64,000 nucleotides of DNA, taken from Barthelona sp. PCE. Lineage: Eukaryota. The translations under genes and the position numbers were made by a program. This document shows, piece after piece, positions 21,801-31,129 of the stretch; the stretch's first letter is position 1, and every line of letters starts with the position of its first letter. The DNA is taken from assembly GCA_040285745.1 (NCBI GenBank), contig JAUFOR010000008.1, positions 1,674,001 to 1,738,000 of the forward strand, written 5' to 3'. The notes under the pieces were generated by a model. The model worked only from the letters and a program-made list of their open reading frames with translations. It searched no databases and was not told the origin of the DNA.

Positions 21801-24800
21801 AGTCAATCTCTCCAGGCTCGAGCTCTGCACCAAACTTCACAATTTCCGTCACTACGTTCATAACATCGCGTGTGGCAAGCATAGTATGTTGTGATCCCTT
21901 AATGAAGCGCTTGATAATGTCAACTAGTTGAGCTTTGACGCTCATCATGAGATCCCTTCCGTTACTTTGCATCGTAACATCTGTAACTTCACAAATCTCT
22001 ATCTGCTGCTTCTCAACTGTGCTTCTGACACATTCGAAGAGGGCGCCGAGGTAGACGTTAAGCAACTTGTTGACTCGAGCCATTTCCATAACTGATTTAA
22101 TAGTGAGATCACCCTCAGTTCCGCCTTCCATAATTGCAATCTTTTCTGTGATTGAAGCCGATACGAGATCGTTTGTGCGGGTAGCGTCAATGGTGAGAAG
22201 GTTTGATACGATAAGAGCATCACGAACGTGTTCAAACAATGAAGTGACACAATCGATCATCTCAGTCATCTCATCTGAAAGATGACTGAGAAGCTTAGGT
22301 ACCTTGAACACTGCCAAATTATTTGCAATGTCAGCTTCAACAGTTTTAATGGTATCATCAGTATTGGAATGTGTGAAGCAATACACAATGTTGTGCATCA
22401 CCGATTGGAGGTTAGACGCAAATTGTTGCAAGGACATGGCATCCTTCAGCGCCATGCGTTTGATGTTTGTGATACTCGTCCTACTATTAGAAATTTTGCT
22501 TCCCAATGAAACAATTTCTGCAGTCACACTTCTGATCTTGTCATCAACCTCTGCCAGAGCCACGTTATCCTCACTCCTAACAAGGTCAAGACGGGTTGCT
22601 GTCAGCTCCTTTCGCTTCTGCTCCTGCTCGACCAAATCTGATTCACTCTTAGAAACCGTTTCTCTTAAAACTTGAACATCGGTGATATACTCATTACAAA
22701 CTTCCGTTTCTTCCACATCGAACTGCGAGAGGATATATGTGTGATAGCGAACTGCAAACAGATTCAACTGCTTTGTAAAGGTCTTGATAAACTTTAATAT
22801 AGACTTGCAATCTCCGAGCAAAATTTCTGCTTTCAGCGATCTTGTGAGACCAAAGAACAGTGAAGAGTCGTACTCAACAGCCTTTAACTTTGCCATGTAT
22901 GTCTTAAGCGCCACTATCTGACCACCTAGAGATGCTGTTGTTGTAACAACGTCCTCTTCTGATGTAATCGTGATATTGAATGACTCACAGACCAACGGGA
23001 CAGTAACGCATGTTCGGGTGAAGGCTTCCATCTGTGTGAGCCGCTTGATGCGGTGACACAGTGACACATAAACCTCGTCTACATATGAAACCATTTTGGG
23101 TAAATTGTACTCCAACAACAATGCGTTTATGTCACTACATAGTGTAGATTGCTCAAGAACATCCTCGTAGAAACCGAGAATATGTAAGATAACATCACTT
23201 AAACTGCTGAGTGATCCACAAAGCTTGATTTTGGTTTCGAACTCAGCGTATTTCTCAAGCGTCTCACCCACAAACTCAGCAAAGGAGGCGAGTTTCGTAT
23301 ATATGACACTGTATCCGTCAGCCTTGTGCTGCATTTCTGATTTCTGACGAAGAGAGTACAAGAAGCCATCGGTACGGTGTTTGAGTAAATCGTTGGCTTC
23401 TATAGCATCGGAACACTCACCCATAACCGCCATAACAAAGTCCTTCAGCTCAGCGGGGAGCAACGGGTCTGACTGAATGATAGTTTCGATGATTATCTCC
23501 TTAATATTCGGATCCTCAACCTCTTCATCGGGAACGTCAACAACGGTGCTGTTGATGGAAATGCCGAAGAAATCAATCAGTGGCTTGAGAATAGCCATGT
23601 CCTCGCAACTCTTGGACAAATCAAAGTAAAATGCCTGAGGTTGCTGCAGAGATTTTGTAGTCAAATCACCCTGTTGTATGAGTCCAATGATGTCCTCCTT
23701 CAGATGAGAGACCTCAGTTTGCTCGGTACGACGCAACTGGTCAACCAAAAGCAAAGCGTGAAGCATGCGAATGGCAGAAGCGGTTCGTGTGCAGCCACAA
23801 TCCTTGAGATGAGCAATCGTCATCTCGCTACACTGCTTTCCATCTACGGCGCTGTTAATAACAGTATCAAGCAATTGAGCACGAGTGGTGAACGGATCAC
23901 TCTCCACAAGCATGTCCAACTCCTGGATTTCTTCCTGTACCTCGATCAGGGAATCTTGAGCGGTTGCAGCCTCGATCAGACGGCCACGGATGCGCTCAAT
24001 GAGCCCAACGATGCTGATATCAGAACAAGATTCTGAAGCAACGTTGATGACCGACCTGGCTATTTCCAATGTGTACACCAGCATGTCCTTCTCGCACTCT
24101 TCCTGTGCCGTGAATGGGAGACATGTGAGTGCGTTTTCCCACTCAGAATCGCACGTAAGCACGTCAAAAAGAGACATCAACGAGTCGGTTGAAATGCTAA
24201 TGTCCAGCTCAACGCCCTCTTCGCTGAGGAACCCCTTAATTGAGTTGATGAGACTCATGTGGTAAATGAAAAGAGACACAGTAGAAAAATCAACGCTATC
24301 AGAAAATGAAATTGCGAAAATCACACTTGCTGAATTCCTTGCAATTGTCTCGTACTCATCAAGGTGTGTCTCGCGGATCTCCTTAACGAGTTGGGCGGTG
24401 CTTGCATCGTGAAGACTACCCTTTGCGTATGAAATCTCGGCAAATGCAACCTCCATTTTCAACAAAAGCTGTTTAATATTCTCAATGGAGCTTACAACCT
24501 CTTCTAGAGGAATTCTCTGATGTAAAATGCCATAAACACTTCGGAGAAGCGAGCGGAGACCTGTAAGCTTGTCGAAAAAGAAACCCTCGATGTCAACGAC
24601 AGATGTGTACTCCCCGCATTCAAAAACACGCTCGCTGAGCGACTCCATATATCTCAAAACACCGCTGATATCTGATTGCGTCTCGTTGTAATGTGCTTGG
24701 ACTTGCGCAAGTGCTCCGAAGCGATCTGTCAGTACATTAAATTGCTTGATGTGCACGTTGTTAAGGATGTTCAGACGATGAAGACGAATGAATGCCTCAT

Positions 24801-26619
24801 CACTGAGCTCGCTCAATCGCTGCCTGACTGGGTAGAACCCTTCAATACTGTCCACTAACTCGTTGATTTCGTCATACTTACTCTTAATACGTGATATAAC
24901 ACTCGGGAACACTTCAATCCACTCCTGGAGCACCAACAATTTGCTCTGGAAGTCATCGAAATTAGAGCATCTCAACATTTCGTATTCGGGGAACGAATCG
25001 CACTCGGTGTAAAGAGCTGTCAATTCATCCTTATGCAGCTCGTAATCTTCTGTGATTTTGCGCAGACGCGGAAGGAACTCCTTTTTGGAATTGTATGCGG
25101 CCTTGACATCATTCCATAGCTCACGAACCTCAAGAATGGAAAAACCTCCGGATTCAAGCTCATCATTCTCACCCAAAACTAAATCAACCATAATATCTTC
25201 AACAATCCCGTTAAGATCTTCAAAGTCTGCAATGGCACTTTCCAATGTCGAAATGTCGTGGGCTGTGCTCAGTTTGTAATAGCAAAATGTAATCAGCAGC
25301 GTCACACGATCGATCTTCACGTTAAGGAACCTGTCTACGTTCTGGTCATCAAAATAAGTATTGATACTCTTGGAAAACGTGTCGATGAACTCGTGATACG
25401 TTGTACGGTAGTCAGAGGGATACTCAATCGCGAACTTGTTGTCCATCTCAATCGATAGCATCTGCAACATCTTCCACAATGTCTCCACAGTGATGATGTC
25501 ATACTTGAAGGCGAGAAGTTGCTTGTGCGCAGCTTCCATCTCTTCAACTGTCCTAAAATTCAAAACACTGTAACCGTTCAAAGATGCCTCCAAGAACAAT
25601 CTTTTCTGTTGATAACCATCGTATATCTCCGTGTACAGCTTCTTTGCGAGTGTCAGGCCCTGATTCTTCTGGTGCTGAAGATCCCTAATCTCGTCCTCCA
25701 TCTGAAAGACTTTCTTGAACCGATCTTCAAAATCCACAAATGCAACAGGCGTCTTGTTAAGTGCAGTACTGGTGACCAGCATCATGTTGTAATAGTACAA
25801 AAAGGCACGCCAATGAGACTCACTACCGTCGCTGACTGAATAGTACTCGCTCCTTAAGTGATACTTATTATCCTCTAACATACGCTCACGATTCCCCAAA
25901 AGATGCGATGTTGAGTGCAGCTCAAGGTCGTATCGAAGACTGATGGACTTGTACAGTGCCTGCTTGATGGCTACATCAGTAAACTTGGCTATAGTGGGGG
26001 TGACGCGTACCTTATCAAATGTATAGAAAAGTTCTGTCACAAATAAGAGTAAAACATGCTCGAAATCGACCAAATCAAAGAACGCTGGCGTTATGATTGG
26101 GTTAACCTCGTACTGTTCCTGGAGGATATTGTTTGTGAAAGCCATACTGTCGATATTTGACAGAGACAATACATTATGCACAGAAAAGAGGCGGAAGTCG
26201 TGATACATGAGCAGAAAGGGCGACCAATTAGCTGTCTGGAAGAATGAATCCTGAAAACTGTGTGGTTTGGAAAAGAATTTTCCAAAAAATGGATTTAGAC
26301 ATGTAAGCACCCATTTAAACAGTGCTTCCTTGCCCTGAAGGCCCTCGAATCTGATTTTTCCAAGTCGCATCTGCATAAAAACGTCAAAAATGTGATTTGC
26401 TAAAACTTGATCTGTGCTTTCATCTATGTTGCATGGTTTAATACCTCGATCGCGCAAAATTGCGTCTACATCCTCGAAAAGCAAAGTGCTGTTAGGAATG
26501 TCAAGTAATTTAACCAGAAGCGAACAGTAATTAGCCTCTAACCGAAGGGAATCACATGTCAGATCCTTCTTGCAGATTTCTGAGGCCCAATTAAGAATTG
26601 CGTCTGACAGAACGCTCAT
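18883..26619 (-). CDS. Giant alpha-actinin/spectrin-like protein (2578 aa)
   Basis: Degenerate CH domains (GKEALFKWV; HSFQD), long helical rod, C-terminus VDYLGYVSKIF resembling actinin EF3-4. Confidence 0.55.
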   Translation of the reverse strand: MSVLSDAILNWASEICKKDLTCDSLRLEANYCSLLVKLLDIPNSTLLFEDVDAILRDRGIKPCNIDESTDQVLANHIFDVFMQMRLGKIRFEGLQGKEALFKWVLTCLNPFFGKFFSKPHSFQDSFFQTANWSPFLLMYHDFRLFSVHNVLSLSNIDSMAFTNNILQEQYEVNPIITPAFFDLVDFEHVLLLFVTELFYTFDKVRVTPTIAKFTDVAIKQALYKSISLRYDLELHSTSHLLGNRERMLEDNKYHLRSEYYSVSDGSESHWRAFLYYYNMMLVTSTALNKTPVAFVDFEDRFKKVFQMEDEIRDLQHQKNQGLTLAKKLYTEIYDGYQQKRLFLEASLNGYSVLNFRTVEEMEAAHKQLLAFKYDIITVETLWKMLQMLSIEMDNKFAIEYPSDYRTTYHEFIDTFSKSINTYFDDQNVDRFLNVKIDRVTLLITFCYYKLSTAHDISTLESAIADFEDLNGIVEDIMVDLVLGENDELESGGFSILEVRELWNDVKAAYNSKKEFLPRLRKITEDYELHKDELTALYTECDSFPEYEMLRCSNFDDFQSKLLVLQEWIEVFPSVISRIKSKYDEINELVDSIEGFYPVRQRLSELSDEAFIRLHRLNILNNVHIKQFNVLTDRFGALAQVQAHYNETQSDISGVLRYMESLSERVFECGEYTSVVDIEGFFFDKLTGLRSLLRSVYGILHQRIPLEEVVSSIENIKQLLLKMEVAFAEISYAKGSLHDASTAQLVKEIRETHLDEYETIARNSASVIFAISFSDSVDFSTVSLFIYHMSLINSIKGFLSEEGVELDISISTDSLMSLFDVLTCDSEWENALTCLPFTAQEECEKDMLVYTLEIARSVINVASESCSDISIVGLIERIRGRLIEAATAQDSLIEVQEEIQELDMLVESDPFTTRAQLLDTVINSAVDGKQCSEMTIAHLKDCGCTRTASAIRMLHALLLVDQLRRTEQTEVSHLKEDIIGLIQQGDLTTKSLQQPQAFYFDLSKSCEDMAILKPLIDFFGISINSTVVDVPDEEVEDPNIKEIIIETIIQSDPLLPAELKDFVMAVMGECSDAIEANDLLKHRTDGFLYSLRQKSEMQHKADGYSVIYTKLASFAEFVGETLEKYAEFETKIKLCGSLSSLSDVILHILGFYEDVLEQSTLCSDINALLLEYNLPKMVSYVDEVYVSLCHRIKRLTQMEAFTRTCVTVPLVCESFNITITSEEDVVTTTASLGGQIVALKTYMAKLKAVEYDSSLFFGLTRSLKAEILLGDCKSILKFIKTFTKQLNLFAVRYHTYILSQFDVEETEVCNEYITDVQVLRETVSKSESDLVEQEQKRKELTATRLDLVRSEDNVALAEVDDKIRSVTAEIVSLGSKISNSRTSITNIKRMALKDAMSLQQFASNLQSVMHNIVYCFTHSNTDDTIKTVEADIANNLAVFKVPKLLSHLSDEMTEMIDCVTSLFEHVRDALIVSNLLTIDATRTNDLVSASITEKIAIMEGGTEGDLTIKSVMEMARVNKLLNVYLGALFECVRSTVEKQQIEICEVTDVTMQSNGRDLMMSVKAQLVDIIKRFIKGSQHTMLATRDVMNVVTEIVKFGAELEPGEIDCPPFASLPSFLMSLDIDRVTFGILESVVVEINSHIIFVKEDEAENAMRKQERVSELKQFTIDAVCLLEWCQRSIDAAEHIVEFETVPLIRVQEELERIAQAKSVVDRLSNLAYSIILVEPQSESYVNIFSQLVFSQVNLLETIVTRLIRIAKLQEQIAAPIDVDVAFFQDVCLCDIESDTVDDVYASICVLETMFSGQLHDEGVSAFVNGLIGRLRARKASLVDIKETFDLKRAKQQKVREREVFIGAFSTVFVVWSAEFIASIDELTLEIEDCADGDTFVNCLLRGVGIIVRCSFLITFAKQQGFDAKHSLIQSTVGAIDSLTQRLLTTLYVLLEGSKENSLLLVDREIEFYNMLKDEIQNTIPLDYIQRLRQLVLPHNDVYPDFLGEIDDVVAEQEHLVQNECGRHRTIFDQALDVLRDVLVARAKKQFNIADDINVNTVVASAKEAMDKLSKNLEKLQEKQLSNTVFSETILTDLFSEIGLQCSYILDLNTETTKHIMEDGDSALVRMIDSQLKDFSTVIDENRGVIEIFAQQQTPMSAVLDGDIETVLHVLSLPEVSPTFEKGLLDLKHEICDSIMNINGIEIDYNTPNAAILCWDELSRLEEQLRECSSMIRCQESLVHDIHSTDSHFGIIKTIEVGVATLLNKVRKLNLESEMISLDDSFIQNNEVYQRVRYYSLACNNWVEDLHCYQGLLGTVVAEAFVEKITVHSGELLAYMRLINCGIDSSLMLDEVAVLPLQTCIVHQTLEPIYGNDNVLFTGSIIKRFIDELVHRFVNALEAVQPHEIEVQLGAAIRWLSTLEVGGSNPAPVRRSGIRFNLFIEDTMKSIANRLVTSVEFARDESFVQALNTVLTGFTERYSFVSGIVDPLLNKSFVSSDEFYKTYNGLTNFFNDEELELWFGPRCEKLNPKDVLKLFRNLYNSDDTSLTLNDMKNGFYIAMGRFYSEFATSLSMRSDNTVDYLGYVSKIF

Positions 26620-26678
26620 TAAAGTGAGGGAAAAGGGAGTAAAAATGTTAACGCTTTTCTAAACCTTTTCTTTGGCGC

Positions 26679-29600
26679 ATGACTTCAGAATTAATCAGTA
26701 GGCTCGCAGCAGAGTCAATTGAAGCTAGATTAGAGGTTCTTGAGCAAATCCTCTCTACAACATCTGTTTTCGAGGTCACAGATACGATCCCTGCTGAGGC
26801 TGCCATACTTTGTGAGATGTTGCCTTCAACTAAGGACGAAATGGTATTCGAAAACGGTAGTGTTTCAGGGCTTTCAATTCCACCTCATTTAAAAAAACTT
26901 TCTCTTAAATTCATAACTATCCAAGACTGGGGCCAATTCGCGCACTCCATTGCGGACTCAACCCTCGAGGAGTTGCACATGGTCTCTTGTGGAATAGATT
27001 CAACCGCAATGTCAGTTCTTGCATCAAATCTCCCCTACTCTCTTTGTGTATTGAACCTGAGCTTCAATCCTCTGGGCAATACCGGCCTTGGACTTCTCCT
27101 GGTCCGTCTCGACGTACTGCCAAGCATGAGAGAGTTGGTGTTAAGAGCTTGTTCCATCGATATTGATGGAGCAAGGTTGTTGTCCAGGCAGCGCATCTCT
27201 TTTGAGAAGCTGGACCTCTCAGGAAACTCAATCACCTCTTTTGCATCCGATTTCTTCCATTTCCCCTCACTTCGAATTCTTTATTTGAGGAATTGTGGTC
27301 TAGATGATAACTTCCTCGGTGATTATATCGCTGAGGGAACGTTAAAGGAGCTCTATATTGGCGCGAACTCGTTCACGACCAGAGCCACTGAAGATTTCCT
27401 GAGAAGAGTTCATCCGCAACTCCAAGTCCTCGACATATGGACGAGCACTGTTCCTGTGGGGTCGTTTGACATAAGCCAGTTTATTAGGACATGGCAGGGG
27501 CATCAACTATGGCTGCGCCTCCCTGTGCTCTCTGAACCGGACGCTGTTGCCCTGAAACAGTCAGTTAGTGTGAACTCCACTTTGCTTGAGTGGCACTGCT
27601 GTGAGAACTCCCGAGAGATCAATGCAGACGTGTCCGAGGCTATCCAGTCAATGCTGCGTCTCAACGCCTTTTTGAAGAAGAAGAATGATAATCCTAGAAA
27701 ACTTTTCGAATCTATGAGTACAGAAGGGATCGATACAATAACCGATAAGTTCACCCACCTCATGAATCAGAAGATGGATGGGTCTCACACAAATGAGATT
27801 ACAGTACCACTCGACGAACAGATAACACGTCAAGAAGTCGAGGAGCGATTCACTGGAATGTGTGAGAGTCTCGAGGCTGTTTTGGCGCTTAAGACTGGTA
27901 TTGACGACCGCGTTGAGCTCATCGCCATGACCACAGACAAGAATACCACGGAGATCCGTGGTTTAGTTGATGGATCCATCCAGCGCCAAACTGTGCTTGA
28001 GCACAACATCCAGCGCGAATCTGAGCGCATCACCAACGTCACTGATGAACTGGGCGTTGTTGGTGACCGTGCGTCCGGTAACAGTAAGGTAATTGAAATA
28101 GTGCAGAAGGATATCACCAAACTCTTTGATGAGACAATGCAGACGATAGACGCCATCGGTTTGGTGGAAGAGACGCTCCTGGACAAGCAGGGGGATCTGC
28201 TGAAGCACCTCTCTGGTGTGAGCGATAATCTTGAGAGTAAGATGAGTAGTAACCAACAGAAGTTGGATCGGGCACGCGACGAACTCATGCTGTGTGTCAC
28301 AACACTCAAGGAAGATGTCGATGACCGCGTAGCGGCTGTGCATAAGGAGCTTGAAAACCACACAATGGCAATCATGGAGCGCGTCAAGAGCACTGATCTT
28401 GAAAGAATAGTTGATGGTATTAAGCACGTTGTCAATGACGAGTTGGATTCACTGCGAGGTTTGGTCGAAAGCCACAACGAGGACATTATCACCTTTGAGA
28501 AGAGAATTGTTGCTTTTGCTAACGATATAGAAAGCCTAAAGGAGTATATGCACGCTGATATAACTGCTATTAACAACACCATCAGCACTCTCGCGTCCAA
28601 AGAAGCCCTGCAGGCGGTGGACGACGATGTCCGTGCGGTGAAGATGGGTATCGAGCAGCTGAAGGAACAAGTGAACGCTTCTCTGAAGCAGCTCCAGTTC
28701 CAATTGTCATCTGATATTAGCGATGTTGTTGCTTCTGTCTCTGTTGTTAATGAGCGCCTGGACGCCATTGAGGTATGGCGCGGCGAGCACAGCGATTTGA
28801 TTGCAGCAAACGCTGATTCCATTGTTGCTGTCGAAACTGCTCTAAATGAACACGTTGCAATCAACCAACAAGAGTTTGAAGCGGTGGCTGAGAAGTTTTC
28901 TGAAGCTGCAGATGCGGCAACAGCGGCCCAAACTATGCTCAACACACGCATCAACAGCGTTGCTGACGAGGCAGCACTCAATCTCTCAATTCTTGATGAA
29001 GTTGTTGAGAGTAATAAGGTGCAAATTAACAACGTCAACACCAAGGTGGAGGAGAGGGTCAGTCAGCTGCGCACCGCCATGGACAGCACTGTTGAGATGT
29101 TAAAGTCAGAGAACGAAGACGTTCTTCGTACAGTTAGCGAAAACGTTGACGATGTTAAGGCTCGCATTGAAACAGAGCACTTGTATATCGATGACACACG
29201 CGAAGAACTGGTGCTGATGATCCAAAAAGACATTGAGGATGTTGAGACTGCCATGAACATGAATATCAACGTTTTAGCCGAAGGAATTGAGTCGTTCAAA
29301 GAGACCATGCTCAAGACGACTGATGAAACTGTAAGTATGGTTGAGAGCAACACGTTACTTATCGAAGATGTGCGCGAGGAGACAAACGAGTTTGTATTGA
29401 AGCACAACGGTGAGCATGACTCTTTGAATGCACAAGTTGCCTGCGCAAATGCGCACATCACTGATGTTGTTCAGGGACTGAGTACAGCTGAACACGATAT
29501 TGCTGAGCACAGTGATGCAATTTTGGTGATCAACAAAGAGCTCACGAGTGTAGCCCAGGCTACAGAGATTGTTGATAATTCTGTTAAAGATTTAGCAGAG

Positions 29601-31109
29601 TATCTGCAACAGTCATTCAATACTGTTAAGGATGATGTTGATACGCTGGACGAGAGCATGAACGCTTTGGGAACAGAATTGAGATCAAGCTTTGAAGGTG
29701 TTCGCACTGACATTGATATTGTTGACAATGCCGTTAACGAGCTCACTGAGTTTACCAAGCAGTCATTCACGACTGTTAAGGATGATGTTGATACTCTAGA
29801 TGAAAGCATGAACGCTTTGGGAACAGAATTGAGATCAAGCTTTGAAGGTGTTCGCACTGACATTGATATTGTTGACAATGCCGTTAACGAGCTGACCAAG
29901 CACACCCAGGAATCATTTAACAAGGTTGTTGCGGATGTTGAACTGCTTGACAAGACGGTTACTGATATGTTTACAAAATCCCAGGCCAGCTTTGATGCTG
30001 TACAAAATGATGTCAACATTCTGGACAAATCTGTATGTGATATGAATACGAAGGTTAAAGAATCATTCGACAACGTTGAAGAGCATGTCACTGTTCTCGA
30101 TACGAATGTGAGCGAGTTTTTTGAGAAAACACAAGCCTCATTCGATATTGTACAAAGTGATGTTACCAAGTTGGACTGTGCAGTACAGGAAACATTTGAG
30201 CATGTGCAGACATCATTTGACACCGTCCGAAAGGATGTGGATGCCGTAACTGAGCACAGTGCATCCGTTGAGGCAGAACAAATATTGCTTAAACAACATG
30301 TTAATGAGCTTGAAGGAAAGATGCTATCCAGTGAGGAGTTTGAAAAGAATGTCGAACTGTTACTGGGTCAGTTTGATAGCAAGCTGATGGAGGCCGATTT
30401 TGTCAAATCCAGCGATTTCAATAATGCAGTTAATGCCATTCATCCTGAAATTGAGGAGATTAAATCTGAGTTCGATGCCATCCGTACCGTAATATCAGAG
30501 CACGCTGAAGTTATCCCAGCAGTTAGCGGCGCCACAGAGGATGTGAAGGCATTAAGAATTGCGTTTGAAGCTCTTTCAGGAAAGGTTGACGTTCTATCCC
30601 ACAAATTCGATCGATTTGATGGTATTTCAACCACACTTGAGGAGCTCTCCGAGGCAGTAAGCAGTCTTACATCCAGAATCGACTACCAAGACACCATCAT
30701 CAAGAATCTTGAGGACGGTTTTGAAGTTGTAGCCGACCTGTCGACAAACGTAAAGCGCGTTGACGAAGCAGTTATTACTATTACCGAGGAAGTCTTCAGT
30801 GAAGACCGTAAAAAGATGCACAAGGAGCAAATGACAGCGTTCGATGTATTCTCAAAGAAATATGACATTGAGCTCAGGGAAATGCACGCTGCTATCGCTG
30901 CCAACGTGTCCACGAGCAGCGAGGTTCTTTCAAATCTGTCAAAGAAGATTAGTGTTCTTCACAACGACATGAAGATCGTCCACAAGCGTATCAGACGCTT
31001 TGAAAACACTGTATTGACACACGAAGCTCATGCTCTACATGAACTTGAGGATATCCTTGAGCACAAACCTCCTCAACTAGGTACCCCTCGTCTGCCGAAT
31101 CCAAACTAA
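26679..31109 (+). CDS. RI-like LRR protein with long acidic coiled-coil/helical repeats
   Basis: LxxLxLxxNxL/C repeats (LNLSFNPLGNTG; LDLSGNSI; LYLRNCGL), then about 1100 aa of heptad-rich sequence. Confidence 0.75.
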   Translation: MTSELISRLAAESIEARLEVLEQILSTTSVFEVTDTIPAEAAILCEMLPSTKDEMVFENGSVSGLSIPPHLKKLSLKFITIQDWGQFAHSIADSTLEELHMVSCGIDSTAMSVLASNLPYSLCVLNLSFNPLGNTGLGLLLVRLDVLPSMRELVLRACSIDIDGARLLSRQRISFEKLDLSGNSITSFASDFFHFPSLRILYLRNCGLDDNFLGDYIAEGTLKELYIGANSFTTRATEDFLRRVHPQLQVLDIWTSTVPVGSFDISQFIRTWQGHQLWLRLPVLSEPDAVALKQSVSVNSTLLEWHCCENSREINADVSEAIQSMLRLNAFLKKKNDNPRKLFESMSTEGIDTITDKFTHLMNQKMDGSHTNEITVPLDEQITRQEVEERFTGMCESLEAVLALKTGIDDRVELIAMTTDKNTTEIRGLVDGSIQRQTVLEHNIQRESERITNVTDELGVVGDRASGNSKVIEIVQKDITKLFDETMQTIDAIGLVEETLLDKQGDLLKHLSGVSDNLESKMSSNQQKLDRARDELMLCVTTLKEDVDDRVAAVHKELENHTMAIMERVKSTDLERIVDGIKHVVNDELDSLRGLVESHNEDIITFEKRIVAFANDIESLKEYMHADITAINNTISTLASKEALQAVDDDVRAVKMGIEQLKEQVNASLKQLQFQLSSDISDVVASVSVVNERLDAIEVWRGEHSDLIAANADSIVAVETALNEHVAINQQEFEAVAEKFSEAADAATAAQTMLNTRINSVADEAALNLSILDEVVESNKVQINNVNTKVEERVSQLRTAMDSTVEMLKSENEDVLRTVSENVDDVKARIETEHLYIDDTREELVLMIQKDIEDVETAMNMNINVLAEGIESFKETMLKTTDETVSMVESNTLLIEDVREETNEFVLKHNGEHDSLNAQVACANAHITDVVQGLSTAEHDIAEHSDAILVINKELTSVAQATEIVDNSVKDLAEYLQQSFNTVKDDVDTLDESMNALGTELRSSFEGVRTDIDIVDNAVNELTEFTKQSFTTVKDDVDTLDESMNALGTELRSSFEGVRTDIDIVDNAVNELTKHTQESFNKVVADVELLDKTVTDMFTKSQASFDAVQNDVNILDKSVCDMNTKVKESFDNVEEHVTVLDTNVSEFFEKTQASFDIVQSDVTKLDCAVQETFEHVQTSFDTVRKDVDAVTEHSASVEAEQILLKQHVNELEGKMLSSEEFEKNVELLLGQFDSKLMEADFVKSSDFNNAVNAIHPEIEEIKSEFDAIRTVISEHAEVIPAVSGATEDVKALRIAFEALSGKVDVLSHKFDRFDGISTTLEELSEAVSSLTSRIDYQDTIIKNLEDGFEVVADLSTNVKRVDEAVITITEEVFSEDRKKMHKEQMTAFDVFSKKYDIELREMHAAIAANVSTSSEVLSNLSKKISVLHNDMKIVHKRIRRFENTVLTHEAHALHELEDILEHKPPQLGTPRLPNPN
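29610..29893 (+). repeat. 150-nt (50-aa) recent tandem duplication within a 25-aa periodic array
   Basis: Near-identical copies start at 29610 and 29760 (QSF.TVKDDVDTLDESMNALGTELRSSFEGVRTDIDIVDNAVNELT). Confidence 0.9.
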
Positions 31110-31129
31110 GTTAATCAATAAATGTACGT

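Noticed and set aside
27830-30223. 404-aa and 250-aa Ser/Thr-rich antisense ORFs
   Set aside because: Mirror of the acidic coiled-coil codons
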